DNA of 64,000 nt from a bacterium (GTDB lineage: Bacteria > Patescibacteriota > Saccharimonadia > Saccharimonadales > UBA4665): positions 27,794-91,793 of the forward strand of contig JAJZMC010000007.1 in the NCBI GenBank assembly GCA_021803105.1. Direction: 5' to 3'. Position numbers and translations under genes: made by a program. The notes beneath the pieces were generated by a model. The model saw only the letters and a list, made by a program, of their open reading frames with translations. It ran no database searches and had not been told where the DNA came from. Numbering within the stretch: the stretch's first letter is position 1; each line of letters begins with the position of its first letter. Of this stretch, positions 38,947 to 47,602 are shown piece by piece.

Positions 38947-40408
38947 TGTTGCTCGCCAATAGAAATGTCCGGATTTGCGTTCAATAGAAATGTCCAGTTT
39001 TTTGGTATGATCCTATTTAAAAAATAGGAGGATTTAATGCCAGAAATAATAAGGTTATCTCAAAAAGAACTGAACCAAGTTAGTGTCATAAAACAAGTAG
39101 CTGAAGGTAAACTCAAGCAAATAGAAGCAGCTGAAAGTTTAGATATAACAGACAGACAAATAAGAAGGCTACTCAATAAATATAGAGATGAAGGTAATAA
39201 AAGTTTTGCTAATAAATTAAGAGGCAGACCTAGTAATCACCAACTGGATAAGGGTTTTAAAGATAAAGTAATTAAGTTAGTTAAAAACAAATACCCAGAC
39301 TTTGGTCCAACCTTTGCAGCCGAAAAACTTAAGGAATTGGACGGTATTAGTATATCTGTATCTACTTTAAGACGCATAATGGTAAATAATGACGTTTGGA
39401 GAGAAAAAAGGCGTAAGAAACCTATTCACAGAACCAGGAGGCCTAGGCGTTCATGCTACGGAGATATGGAACAATTTGACGGCTCAAGCCATGACTGGTT
39501 TGAGGGTAGATATAACCATGGTGAATATACTACATTACTAGCTAGTATTGACGATGCTACGTCTATAGTTAATGCTTGGTTTAGTGACTATGAAGGGACT
39601 GTGCCTGTCATGAAGTTTTGGTGGGGGTATTTTGAGAAATATGGTAAACCTCACAGTATTTATCTAGATCGTCACAGCACATACAAAGTTAACTCTAAAA
39701 ATGCACTAGATAATGACAGCATCGTATCTGAATTTACTAGAGCCATGAAAGAATTAGGCGTACAGGTTATTAATGCAAATAGTCCTCAGGCTAAAGGTAG
39801 AATAGAAAGATTATTTGGAACCCTGCAAGACAGATTAGTAAAAGAGCTCCGCCTCGCAGGTATTAATAATCCTAATGATGCCAATAAATTTTTGCAAGCT
39901 TATTTACCTAGGTTTAATGCCAGGTTTAACGTTGAGGCTACCAGTAGCACAGATACTCACGTTATGTTATCTAAGCAGTACGATCTTAACTCAATCCTGT
40001 CTGTTCAGTCTGTACGCATTGTTAGTCGTGACTTTGTGGTTAGCTTTAAGAACCATTGGTATCAACTATCTAAAGATCAGCCTACTACAGTTTATCCTAA
40101 TAGTAAGGTAATCATTGAAGAGAGGTTAAATGGTAATTTATTGATACGTCTCAATAGCAAGTATCTAAACTACACTAAGCTAGACATTAAACCACGGAAA
40201 CCTAAAGTACTAGCCCCAGTTTTAGCCCCTAATCCTACTAAAAGACCTTATAAGCCATCAGCTACTCATCCGTGGAGAAGTATTAGGTTATTACCCTACA
40301 ATATTAGTAATAGACCGAATCAAACACCACCATCAAAGAAAATTACTTAAAAACGAATCCGGACATTTCTAAAAGTTTAAATCCGGACATTTCTACTGAA
40401 TTTCAACA
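38947..40408 (+). mobile_element. insertion sequence (rve/DDE transposase, TGT termini; IS481-like or ISNCY-like), copy 1
   Basis: The imperfect terminal inverted repeats both start with TGTTG. Each end carries two copies of the subterminal motif (A/T)AGAAATGTCC(G/A)G. These sit at 38959-38975 and 38984-38998 on the left, with the mirrored copies at 40357-40372 and 40381-40396. It has a single transposase ORF. No target-site duplication is visible. Confidence 0.8.
39037..40350 (+). CDS. IS transposase (N-terminal HTH + integrase-core DDE domain)
   Basis: It is 437 aa and preceded by AGGAGG. The HTH reads ITDRQIRRLLNKYR. Catalytic-core-like segments are MEQFDGSSHDW, IYLDRHSTYK and ANSPQAKGRIERLFGTLQDRLVKELR. 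By eye it is about 65-70% identical to the ORF at 45312-46637. Confidence 0.9.
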   Translation: MPEIIRLSQKELNQVSVIKQVAEGKLKQIEAAESLDITDRQIRRLLNKYRDEGNKSFANKLRGRPSNHQLDKGFKDKVIKLVKNKYPDFGPTFAAEKLKELDGISISVSTLRRIMVNNDVWREKRRKKPIHRTRRPRRSCYGDMEQFDGSSHDWFEGRYNHGEYTTLLASIDDATSIVNAWFSDYEGTVPVMKFWWGYFEKYGKPHSIYLDRHSTYKVNSKNALDNDSIVSEFTRAMKELGVQVINANSPQAKGRIERLFGTLQDRLVKELRLAGINNPNDANKFLQAYLPRFNARFNVEATSSTDTHVMLSKQYDLNSILSVQSVRIVSRDFVVSFKNHWYQLSKDQPTTVYPNSKVIIEERLNGNLLIRLNSKYLNYTKLDIKPRKPKVLAPVLAPNPTKRPYKPSATHPWRSIRLLPYNISNRPNQTPPSKKIT

Positions 40409-40494
40409 GGTTAGGGGTTATATTTAGGGGTTATATTTATTCTAATTAATTGAATTATCCCAAAAAGTAAGTTATTATTTAATAATATTTTTGC

Positions 40495-40571
40495 GGGCGG
40501 TTAGCTCATTTGGCTAGAGCGCTTCCTTGACGTGGAAGAGGTGACAGGTTCGAATCCTGTATCGCCCACCA
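40495..40571 (+). tRNA. tRNA-Val (anticodon GAC), CCA encoded
   Basis: Hand-folded cloverleaf. The acceptor pairs GGGCGGT with ATCGCCC. The D arm is GCTC/GAGC. The anticodon stem is CTTCC/GGAAG with loop TTGACGT. The T arm is ACAGG-TTCGAAT-CCTGT. It ends in ACCA. A possible promoter is TTGAAT (40450), 17 nt, then TATTAT (40473). Confidence 0.92.
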
Positions 40572-40830
40572 AAGATGTTATTTAATATTTTACGACGTAA
40601 TACTTTTAAGTTTAAATAGGATAAATTATATAGCTTATTTGAATATTGTTTATAATGATAGGTTAATTATTGTATATTTAAGATAATTATGCCTTTTATG
40701 ATATAATTAGCTTTGGAGTTATCCACATTAGTAAATGTAACAATTACAGCATAAATATGCTAGCCATATATTACTAACCGTGTTAATATTAATTTGAGGC
40801 GAGGTTTTGACGAGAATGTTTTCTCTTAAA

Positions 40831-40875
40831 TAACAGTTGAGTAAAATGCGAGATTACTCAACTGTTTTTATTTTT
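40831..40875 (+). terminator. intrinsic terminator between tRNA-Val and thrS
   Basis: A perfect 13-bp stem, AACAGTTGAGTAA (40831-40843) pairing with TTACTCAACTGTT (40853-40865), has a 9-nt loop and is followed by TTTTATTTTTAT. Confidence 0.7.
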
Positions 40876-40942
40876 ATGCAGATACTGTTTTATGTTGATA
40901 TAATAGTATCATCTTGTTATAACTTATAAAGAAGGTTTAATT

Positions 40943-42796
40943 TTGAATAAGCAAAATGATTTAGATATTGTTTCTTTAAGACATAGTACAGCTCATGTTC
41001 TAGCTACTGCTATTTATCATTTATGGCCTAATACTAAGTTTGGGATTGGTCCTGTAATTGATGACGGTTTTTATTATGATGTTGACATCGAAGATTATAC
41101 GATATCTGAAACCGATTTTTCTCGAATAGAAAATGAGATGAGGGCTATTATTAAATCTAATAATTCTTTTGATCAGTATGATTTATCTATAGAGGATGCT
41201 CTATCTTGGGCAAAATCTAATAATCAGCCATATAAGTATGAATTAATTAATGATTTAAAAAGGGAAGGCACAACAGTTTTTAAAAACCTAGATAAATCTC
41301 AAATTGGTTTATTTTTCGATGGTAGTTCTGCAGTTGACGGAGTATCTTTTTTTAAGAATGGTGATTTTATTGATTTATGTCGTGGACCTCATTTAAAATC
41401 TACTGGCGAAATCAAGGCATTTAAAATATTAAAAATTTCTGGCGCATACTGGAGAGGAGATCAAAAAAAATCCCAGATGCAAAGAATTTATGGTACTTCA
41501 TTTTATACAAAAGAAGAATTAACTGACTATCTAAATTATATAGAAGAAGCGAAAAAAAGAGATCATCGTAAATTAGGTAATGATTTAGATCTTTTTGTTT
41601 TTTCAGATTTAGTTGGTTCAGGTTTACCGTTATTTACACCTAGAGGTACTAATATAAGGGATCAATTAATTAAATTTTCAAATGAGTTAAGAGAAAAAAA
41701 TGGTTTTGAAAAAGTTTTTGTACCTCATATTACTAAAACTGAGTTATATAAAAAATCTGGACATTGGGCAAAATTTGGTGATGAGTTATTTTTAGTAAAA
41801 AGCCAAGAAACGGCTGATGAGTTAGTACTTAAACCAATGAATTGTCCTCACCATACTAGGATTTATGCCGGCAAACAAAGGAGCTATAGAGATTTACCCA
41901 TTCGGTATCTAGAAACTGCAACTGTTTATCGTGATGAAAAAACAGGGGAATTAGGAGGATTAAATCGAGTAAGATCAATTACTCAAGATGATAGTCATAT
42001 TTTTTGTCGTACTGATCAAATTGAATCTGAAATAAGTTCTTTATTATATGCCGCCCAAGAACTTTATAATACAGTAGATATGAAACTTAAAGTGAGATTA
42101 AGTTACAGAGATGAATCTGATAATTATTTGGGCGATAAAATGATATGGCAGAACGCTCAAGATCAATTAAAAAAAGCAGTGTTAAATACTAAGCTTGATT
42201 TTTATGAACAAACAGGTGAAGCAGCTTTTTATGGTCCAAAAATTGATTTTATGGCAACTGATGTTTTAAATAGAGAACATCAAGTTGCTACTATTCAATT
42301 AGATTTTGTCCAGCCTAAAAGATTTAGTCTTGAATATACTGATCAAAATGGTAAAAAAGCAGAACCAGTAATGATTCATTGTGCTTTACTGGGTTCAATT
42401 GAAAGATTTTTAGCAGTTTATATTGAACATACAGCTGGTAGATTTCCGGTTTGGAATACGCCAGAACAAATAAGATTGATTAGTCTTAATCAACAAGAAG
42501 AAATTCTAAATTTTATTAATAAAATTAAAGAAGAAGCCTTTTTAATGAATCTTAGATTGACAATAGATATTAGTCCAGAATCAATTTCTAAAAAAATTAG
42601 AAATGCTGAGATAATGAAAATTCCTTATGTAGTTGTTATCGGTAACCAAGAATTAAATAATAGTTTATTAAAACCGAGAATTAGATCTGATTTATTAGAG
42701 AATGATAAAAAAGAAGTTTCTTTGACAGTTGAAAATTTTTTGAAATCTGTTAAGTATGAATCTGATATGAGAACTTCTAAAACAACATTGGTTTAA
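40943..42796 (+). CDS. thrS: threonyl-tRNA synthetase (lacks the N-terminal TGS domain)
   Basis: The TTG start follows AAGAAGG. LRHSTAHVLATAIYHLWPNTKFGIGPVIDDGFYYD aligns to E. coli ThrRS at about residue 66. Class II motifs and zinc-site residues are present (KPMNCPHH, RVRSITQDDSHIFC, MIHCALLGSIERF). Confidence 0.95.
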   Translation: MNKQNDLDIVSLRHSTAHVLATAIYHLWPNTKFGIGPVIDDGFYYDVDIEDYTISETDFSRIENEMRAIIKSNNSFDQYDLSIEDALSWAKSNNQPYKYELINDLKREGTTVFKNLDKSQIGLFFDGSSAVDGVSFFKNGDFIDLCRGPHLKSTGEIKAFKILKISGAYWRGDQKKSQMQRIYGTSFYTKEELTDYLNYIEEAKKRDHRKLGNDLDLFVFSDLVGSGLPLFTPRGTNIRDQLIKFSNELREKNGFEKVFVPHITKTELYKKSGHWAKFGDELFLVKSQETADELVLKPMNCPHHTRIYAGKQRSYRDLPIRYLETATVYRDEKTGELGGLNRVRSITQDDSHIFCRTDQIESEISSLLYAAQELYNTVDMKLKVRLSYRDESDNYLGDKMIWQNAQDQLKKAVLNTKLDFYEQTGEAAFYGPKIDFMATDVLNREHQVATIQLDFVQPKRFSLEYTDQNGKKAEPVMIHCALLGSIERFLAVYIEHTAGRFPVWNTPEQIRLISLNQQEEILNFINKIKEEAFLMNLRLTIDISPESISKKIRNAEIMKIPYVVVIGNQELNNSLLKPRIRSDLLENDKKEVSLTVENFLKSVKYESDMRTSKTTLV

Positions 42797-42829
42797 TTAT
42801 AGATTAAACCAATTAGTGAGAATAATAGT

Positions 42830-43702
42830 ATGTCCTTAGTGGTAATAGTTGGTGAAACAGTTTCAGGTAAAAGTAATTTAGCATTTAAACTTGCTCGAAA
42901 AATAAACGGCGAAATTATCTGTGCAGATTCTACTACTGTTAGAAAAAACCTTAACATCGGTACAGCTAAGCCTACCACAGAAGAAAGAGAAAAAATTAAA
43001 CATCATTTAATAGATTTAATAGAACCAACAGAACATTTTACGGTAGTAGATTTTCAAAAATTGGCTATTCAGACTATTGATGATGTATCTTTAAAAAATA
43101 AAGTACCTATTTTAGTAGGTGGTAGCGGACTTTATATTAATTCAGTAATTTATAATTACAATTTTGATAATAATTATAATGAGGTTTTTCATAAAAAATT
43201 AATTGGTAGTAGTTTAGAAACATTACAAAAATTAGCAATTCAACGAAAGCTAGATATTACAAAGATAGATTTTTTGAATAGTAGACGATTAATTACTTTT
43301 ATTGAAAATAATGGTAATTTTTCGAATAAATCTTCATTACTGCCCAATACAATTGTAATTGGTATAAAAATTAATCGAGAAGAATTAATTAAAAGAGTAA
43401 TTAAAAGAATTGATAAGATGTTAAGTGATGGGTTAGAAAAGGAAGTTAAATATTTAAAATTTTGTCTAGGTGATGATTTTAATAAAATTAATATTATTGG
43501 TTATAAAGAGTGGCAAGAATATTTGGTAAGCAAAGAGAATATAAAAACCGTAAGGTCAAAGATTATCAGTCATACATTACAGTTAGCAAAAAAACAAAGA
43601 ACTTGGTTTCATCAAAATAAGGACATTATTTGGTTAGATAACAATGTTAGTTTGGATAAAGTTGTTGATTTAATAACTACAACATTGAATAATAAAATTT
43701 AA
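42830..43702 (+). CDS. miaA: tRNA dimethylallyltransferase
   Basis: The P-loop is GETVSGKSNLA. ADSTTVRKNLNIGTAKPTTEE...HHLIDLIEP and VGGSGLYINS match MiaA. Confidence 0.88.
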   Translation: MSLVVIVGETVSGKSNLAFKLARKINGEIICADSTTVRKNLNIGTAKPTTEEREKIKHHLIDLIEPTEHFTVVDFQKLAIQTIDDVSLKNKVPILVGGSGLYINSVIYNYNFDNNYNEVFHKKLIGSSLETLQKLAIQRKLDITKIDFLNSRRLITFIENNGNFSNKSSLLPNTIVIGIKINREELIKRVIKRIDKMLSDGLEKEVKYLKFCLGDDFNKINIIGYKEWQEYLVSKENIKTVRSKIISHTLQLAKKQRTWFHQNKDIIWLDNNVSLDKVVDLITTTLNNKI

Positions 43703-43733
43703 TAAATGTTAAAAATGCTGTTAAACTTAATAT

Positions 43734-44339
43734 ATGATTGATCAATTGTTTGGATCTAAGACCAGAGTAAAGTTATTGAACCTATTTTTTAGTAGTCCTA
43801 ATAGGTCATTTTATGTTAGAGAAATAACACGGAAAATAGATGAACAAATAAATTCTGTGAGAAGGGAATTATCTAATTTATTAAGTATCGGTATAATACA
43901 TTCTGAAAATACTAATAATAGGGTATATTACGAAGTTAATCAGAAGTATGTTTATTATCAGCCTCTTAAGGAAATTTTTGGACAAAAGACTCCTTCAGAT
44001 AATCAGATTATAAGTAACGAAAAAAATAGTGAAACACCTGTAATAGATTTAAAGTCTATTGGCCATATCGAATTAGCGGTTTTAACTGGACAATTTACTA
44101 GGGATGAAGTAACTGGGATTGATTTCTTTATTATCGGTGATGTTAATATGAATGCTTTACTTAAATTTATAGACGAACTAGAAAAAAAAGAGAATAAAAT
44201 TATTCGATACACTGTTATGAAATTAGATGATTTTAATTATCGTCAAAAAATAAGAGATAGGTTTGTTGTTTCTTTGATGCAATCTAAAAAACAGGTTTTA
44301 GTCGATGTTTATAATTTATTGTTGGAAAATAAGGAGTAA
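43734..44339 (+). CDS. winged-helix DNA-binding protein (ArsR/MarR-like N-terminal domain)
   Basis: LFGSKTRVKLLNLFFSSPNRSFYVREITRKIDEQINSVRRELSNLLSIGII is a typical wHTH pattern. The C-terminal domain is unassigned. Confidence 0.55.
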   Translation: MIDQLFGSKTRVKLLNLFFSSPNRSFYVREITRKIDEQINSVRRELSNLLSIGIIHSENTNNRVYYEVNQKYVYYQPLKEIFGQKTPSDNQIISNEKNSETPVIDLKSIGHIELAVLTGQFTRDEVTGIDFFIIGDVNMNALLKFIDELEKKENKIIRYTVMKLDDFNYRQKIRDRFVVSLMQSKKQVLVDVYNLLLENKE

Positions 44340-44341
44340 TA

Positions 44342-44965
44342 ATGGATTTTCAATTTTATGGGGCTAATACTATAGTAATTAATTTTAAAAACAATAGGTT
44401 TGTTTTTGATGATTATTTAAGTGATTTTGGTCTTAATTCGATTACAAAATCAAACGATGTAGCTCTTTTTACCGATGATCATAATGATTCTATAGCTCGT
44501 TTAGTTTTTGATAGTGCTGGAGAATTTGAAGTTTCAGAATTATCGATAATTGGTTTGCCGGCTGAAAGATATACTAATACACCAGAAAACAATAATATTT
44601 GTACCATGTTTAAAATAATGTCAAACGATCTAACAGTTTTAATTAGTGGCAATATTAGACCTAATATCACGGAGAACTTGTTAGAACAAATTGGATATGT
44701 TGATGTTCTTATTATGCCGGTTGGTGGATTAGGTTTATCTTTAGATCCTAACGAAGCTTTACAAGTAATTAAAGCTATAGAACCAAAAATCTTTATCCCA
44801 ACTAATTATCAGACTGCAACTTTAAAATATAAACAACCTCATTTAGATCTTGAAGAAATTATTAAACAATTAGGTATGGAAGTTAAATCAAGAGAGACCA
44901 AATTAAAGATTAAACCAAGTGAATTAACAGATAAAACTCAACTTGTTATATTAGAACAGGTTTAA
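44342..44965 (+). CDS. hypothetical protein, possibly a degenerate MBL-fold hydrolase
   Basis: It is 207 aa. The size and beta-rich pattern resemble UPF0173/MBL-fold proteins, but no intact HxHxDH motif is seen (only FTDDHND). Confidence 0.35.
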   Translation: MDFQFYGANTIVINFKNNRFVFDDYLSDFGLNSITKSNDVALFTDDHNDSIARLVFDSAGEFEVSELSIIGLPAERYTNTPENNNICTMFKIMSNDLTVLISGNIRPNITENLLEQIGYVDVLIMPVGGLGLSLDPNEALQVIKAIEPKIFIPTNYQTATLKYKQPHLDLEEIIKQLGMEVKSRETKLKIKPSELTDKTQLVILEQV

Positions 44966-45168
44966 GTTTGTTGATTTGTTGTAATGAAGCCTTTTTTCTT
45001 TAGTGTTCTGATAGCTTGAGTACTAATTTTTAAAGTCATTTTTTTACCGTCAACTATAATCGTTTTAGTTTGAAGGTTTGGTTTCCAGACCTTTTTAGTA
45101 TGTCTTTGAGAGAAGCTAACATTATTACCGAACTGTTTACCTTTACCAGTAATCATACATTTTTGCAT
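44962..45168 (-). CDS. rpmB: 50S ribosomal protein L28
   Basis: It is 68 aa. CMITGKGKQFGNNVSFSQRHTKKVWKPNLQ is the L28 signature. Confidence 0.93.
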   Translation of the reverse strand: MQKCMITGKGKQFGNNVSFSQRHTKKVWKPNLQTKTIIVDGKKMTLKISTQAIRTLKKKGFITTNQQT

Positions 45169-45249
45169 AGATATCCTTAGAATGTCTAGTTTATTAAAAG
45201 TATATTCTAATATATTTAATGGTCAATAGTCAATAAAAAACTGATGTGG

Positions 45250-46727
45250 TGTCACCGCAAAGTTAAAATGTCCGCTTTTCTGCACAATAGAAATGTCCGC
45301 TTTTAGTTTATTTAAGTTATTTTTTTAGATAATGGTTTATGTTTAGGATTACTAGAAATATTATATGGAAGTAGAGTGAATTTACGCCATGGATGATTAG
45401 AACTTGGTGTAGTGTAGGTTCGTGGTTTTTTTAGGTTAGGATTACTTGTTAAGGCAATTGGTGGTTTTTCAGTTATAACAGGTTTAGTAGTTAACTTAAC
45501 ATAGGTTAAGTAATAGTTACTTAGTCTTATATAAATTGTATTATCTAATCGTTCTTCGATTGTTACTTGAGCTTTTGGTAATACTAATGTTGGTTGTACT
45601 TTTGTTAGTTGTAGCCACTGATTCTTAAAACGGATAGTGAAATCTTCATTGATGTATCGTTTTGTTTGAACTGATAAAATAGCTATTAAATTGTCCCTGG
45701 TAGTGACTGGACGATGAATGTCAATATCAGATCGTGGAGTTACAGAAAATCGAATATTAAAAGCTGGTAGAAATTTATCCTGGAGAAATATATTGGCTTC
45801 TTTTACATCATTAATATTAGCTAATCTTAACTCTTTAACTAAACGATCTTGTAAGGTACCAAATAGATTCTCTATTCTTCCTTTAGCCTGAGGGCTATTG
45901 GCATGAATAACTTCAACATTAACCTCTTTCATAGCTCGTTCAAATTGAGTAATCATAGCATCGTCATCAAGAGCATTTTTATCATTAACTTTATAGGTAC
46001 TATGACGATCTAAATAGATAGTGATTGGTTTACCATAAATCTTAAAGTAATCTCGCCAGAAGATCATAACTGGTTTAGTTCCTTCATAGTCTAAGAACCT
46101 AGCATAAATAATATTATTAGCATCATCTCTACTAGCCAGTAGTGTTGCCCAGGCTCTATTAGGTAATCTACCTTCAAACCAATCATGATGACATCCATCA
46201 AATTGTTCCATGTCTCCATAACAAGCTCTCCGTTCTCGACGCATACGATGAATTGGTTTACGTTTTTTATGTTGCCAGATACCTTCTTTAATCATTAGAT
46301 TACGGAGTGTTTCATGGTTAATATTAAGGTTATCTCTTTCAGCTAATTTCTCAGCAGCAAAAGTTGGCCCAAAATCTGGATATTTGGTTTTAACCAATTC
46401 AATTACTTGGTCTTTAATTGTTTGTGATAAACGATTATGACTAGGATTACCTCTTGCTTTATGAGCTAGTCTAGCGGTACCTTCAGCTCTGTATTTAACT
46501 AACATACGTCGGACTTGACGATCAGTTAAACCTAGACTTAAAGCGGCATCTTTTTGAGTTATTGTTTTATTAATAATTCGTTGCAACATGGTTGCTCGAT
46601 TAAGTTCTTTGGAACTTATTGTATGTATATGGTTCACTTAGATTGTCCTATCTTTTAGTTGTTTCTGTAACTAAGGATAGGACATTTTAACTTTGCGCAA
46701 ACCGGACATTTTAACTTTGCTTTCACA
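45250..46727 (-). mobile_element. insertion sequence, copy 2 (same type as copy 1, diverged), flanked by a perfect 16-bp direct repeat
   Basis: The ends are TGTCACCGCAAAGTTAAAATGTCCG... (45250->) and the reverse complement TGTGAAAGCAAAGTTAAAATGTCCGG... (46727<-). Each end has two AAATGTCC subterminal motifs. TAAAAAACTGATGTGG occurs at 45234-45249 and again at 46728-46743. Confidence 0.88.
45312..46637 (-). CDS. IS transposase (HTH + integrase-core DDE domain)
   Basis: It is 441 aa and colinear with the 437-aa transposase (MEQFDGCHHDW, IYLDRHSTYK, ANSPQAKGRIENLFGTLQDRLVKELR). Confidence 0.9.
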   Translation of the reverse strand: MNHIHTISSKELNRATMLQRIINKTITQKDAALSLGLTDRQVRRMLVKYRAEGTARLAHKARGNPSHNRLSQTIKDQVIELVKTKYPDFGPTFAAEKLAERDNLNINHETLRNLMIKEGIWQHKKRKPIHRMRRERRACYGDMEQFDGCHHDWFEGRLPNRAWATLLASRDDANNIIYARFLDYEGTKPVMIFWRDYFKIYGKPITIYLDRHSTYKVNDKNALDDDAMITQFERAMKEVNVEVIHANSPQAKGRIENLFGTLQDRLVKELRLANINDVKEANIFLQDKFLPAFNIRFSVTPRSDIDIHRPVTTRDNLIAILSVQTKRYINEDFTIRFKNQWLQLTKVQPTLVLPKAQVTIEERLDNTIYIRLSNYYLTYVKLTTKPVITEKPPIALTSNPNLKKPRTYTTPSSNHPWRKFTLLPYNISSNPKHKPLSKKIT

Positions 46728-46800
46728 TAAAAAACTGATGTGGACTGATGTAAGCCAATATAAAATTTACGAATTATCATAAATTTATTGGTATAATTTA

Positions 46801-47436
46801 ATGATGTTTGGAAATTTAACTGGCTTAGATATATTAATTGTACTTGTTTCATTAATAATTTCGTTGACTATTCATGAAGCTATGCATGGTTATATGGCTC
46901 ATTGGTTAGGTGATAGTACGGCCTCTGATATGGGTCGTTTAACGCTAAATCCTTTGAAACATATTAATATGTCAACTACCATCTTATTGCCTTTAGTATT
47001 AATTCTTTTAGGTCAACAGCCTTTCTTTGTTGCTAAACCTGTTCCTTTTGATTCTAACAGAGTTAAGTATGGAGATTATGGTACCGCTTTAGTGGGTTTA
47101 ATTGGTCCATTAACTAATTTGGTATTAGCAATTGTTGGTGCGTTTATTATACGAGTATTTTATCTTAATCTAGATCAAAGTTTTTTTAACGCTATTATTA
47201 TATTCATACAAGTTAATGTAGGTTTTTTTATTTTTAATATGATTCCTTTTCCACCACTTGATGGGTCTAGATTATTATATGCTTTTGCACCAGAATATAT
47301 TCAAAGAGTAATGAGACAGATTGAGTCAATTGGTTTTATTGGTATAGTGATATTTATGGTATTAATTTTTCAATATGTCGCCGGTCCAATTGTTAATATA
47401 GAAAATAGTTTATTAAGATTTTTGATAGGAATTTAA
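46801..47436 (+). CDS. site-2 protease family (M50) zinc metalloprotease
   Basis: A polytopic protein with HEAMHG (HExxH) in the first helix and the second motif NMIPFPPLDGSRLL. Confidence 0.85.
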   Translation: MMFGNLTGLDILIVLVSLIISLTIHEAMHGYMAHWLGDSTASDMGRLTLNPLKHINMSTTILLPLVLILLGQQPFFVAKPVPFDSNRVKYGDYGTALVGLIGPLTNLVLAIVGAFIIRVFYLNLDQSFFNAIIIFIQVNVGFFIFNMIPFPPLDGSRLLYAFAPEYIQRVMRQIESIGFIGIVIFMVLIFQYVAGPIVNIENSLLRFLIGI

Positions 47437-47457
47437 TTATTAAGTATAATTAATATA

Positions 47458-47602
47458 GGATCGGGTAACATTAATTTGTTTTTCGAGAAAATGATTATCT
47501 GAATACTAATCATTAGGGAGATTAATATTTGTAATAATCGTGGTTATTACGTGAGATTTCCCACCTGGGTGTTTCTCAGGTGATCTTACTCGAACCCGAT
47601 TC
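47458..47602 (+). ncRNA. candidate structured RNA of unknown family
   Basis: The region is non-coding and closed by a 9-bp stem, GGATCGGGT (47458-47466) pairing with ACCCGATTC (47594-47602). That stem encloses three hairpins. The first is AATGATTA/TAATCATT. The second is GGGAGATT/AGATTTCC with a nested GTAATAA/TTATTAC. The third is CACCTG/CAGGTG. The G-U pairs only work on the plus strand. Confidence 0.3.

Larger units (their letters stand above)
24844..40408. mobile_element. putative integrated accessory island (integrative/mobilisable-element-like) between tRNA-Asn and IS/tRNA-Val
   Basis: It begins directly after tRNA-Asn with a large serine recombinase gene. It then carries an XRE regulator, a replication-relaxation protein, an R-M pair, a MazG/DUF2075 cassette, a VirD4/TraD-like ATPase plus a truncated paralog, decayed small ORFs and an IS. 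Housekeeping genes resume after tRNA-Val. The boundaries are inferred; no att repeats were found. Confidence 0.6.

Noticed and set aside
40572-40942. Possible T-box riboswitch upstream of thrS
   Set aside because: I could not find the conserved T-box sequence (AANNNGGGTGGTACCGCG-like) or a specifier-loop architecture. The strong hairpin at 40831-40875 is more simply the terminator of tRNA-Val, and a separate extended -10 promoter follows it.
46655-46852. 65-aa minus-strand ORF
   Set aside because: It spans the right inverted repeat of IS copy 2, the target duplication and the start of the M50 protease gene. It is a by-product of those sequences.
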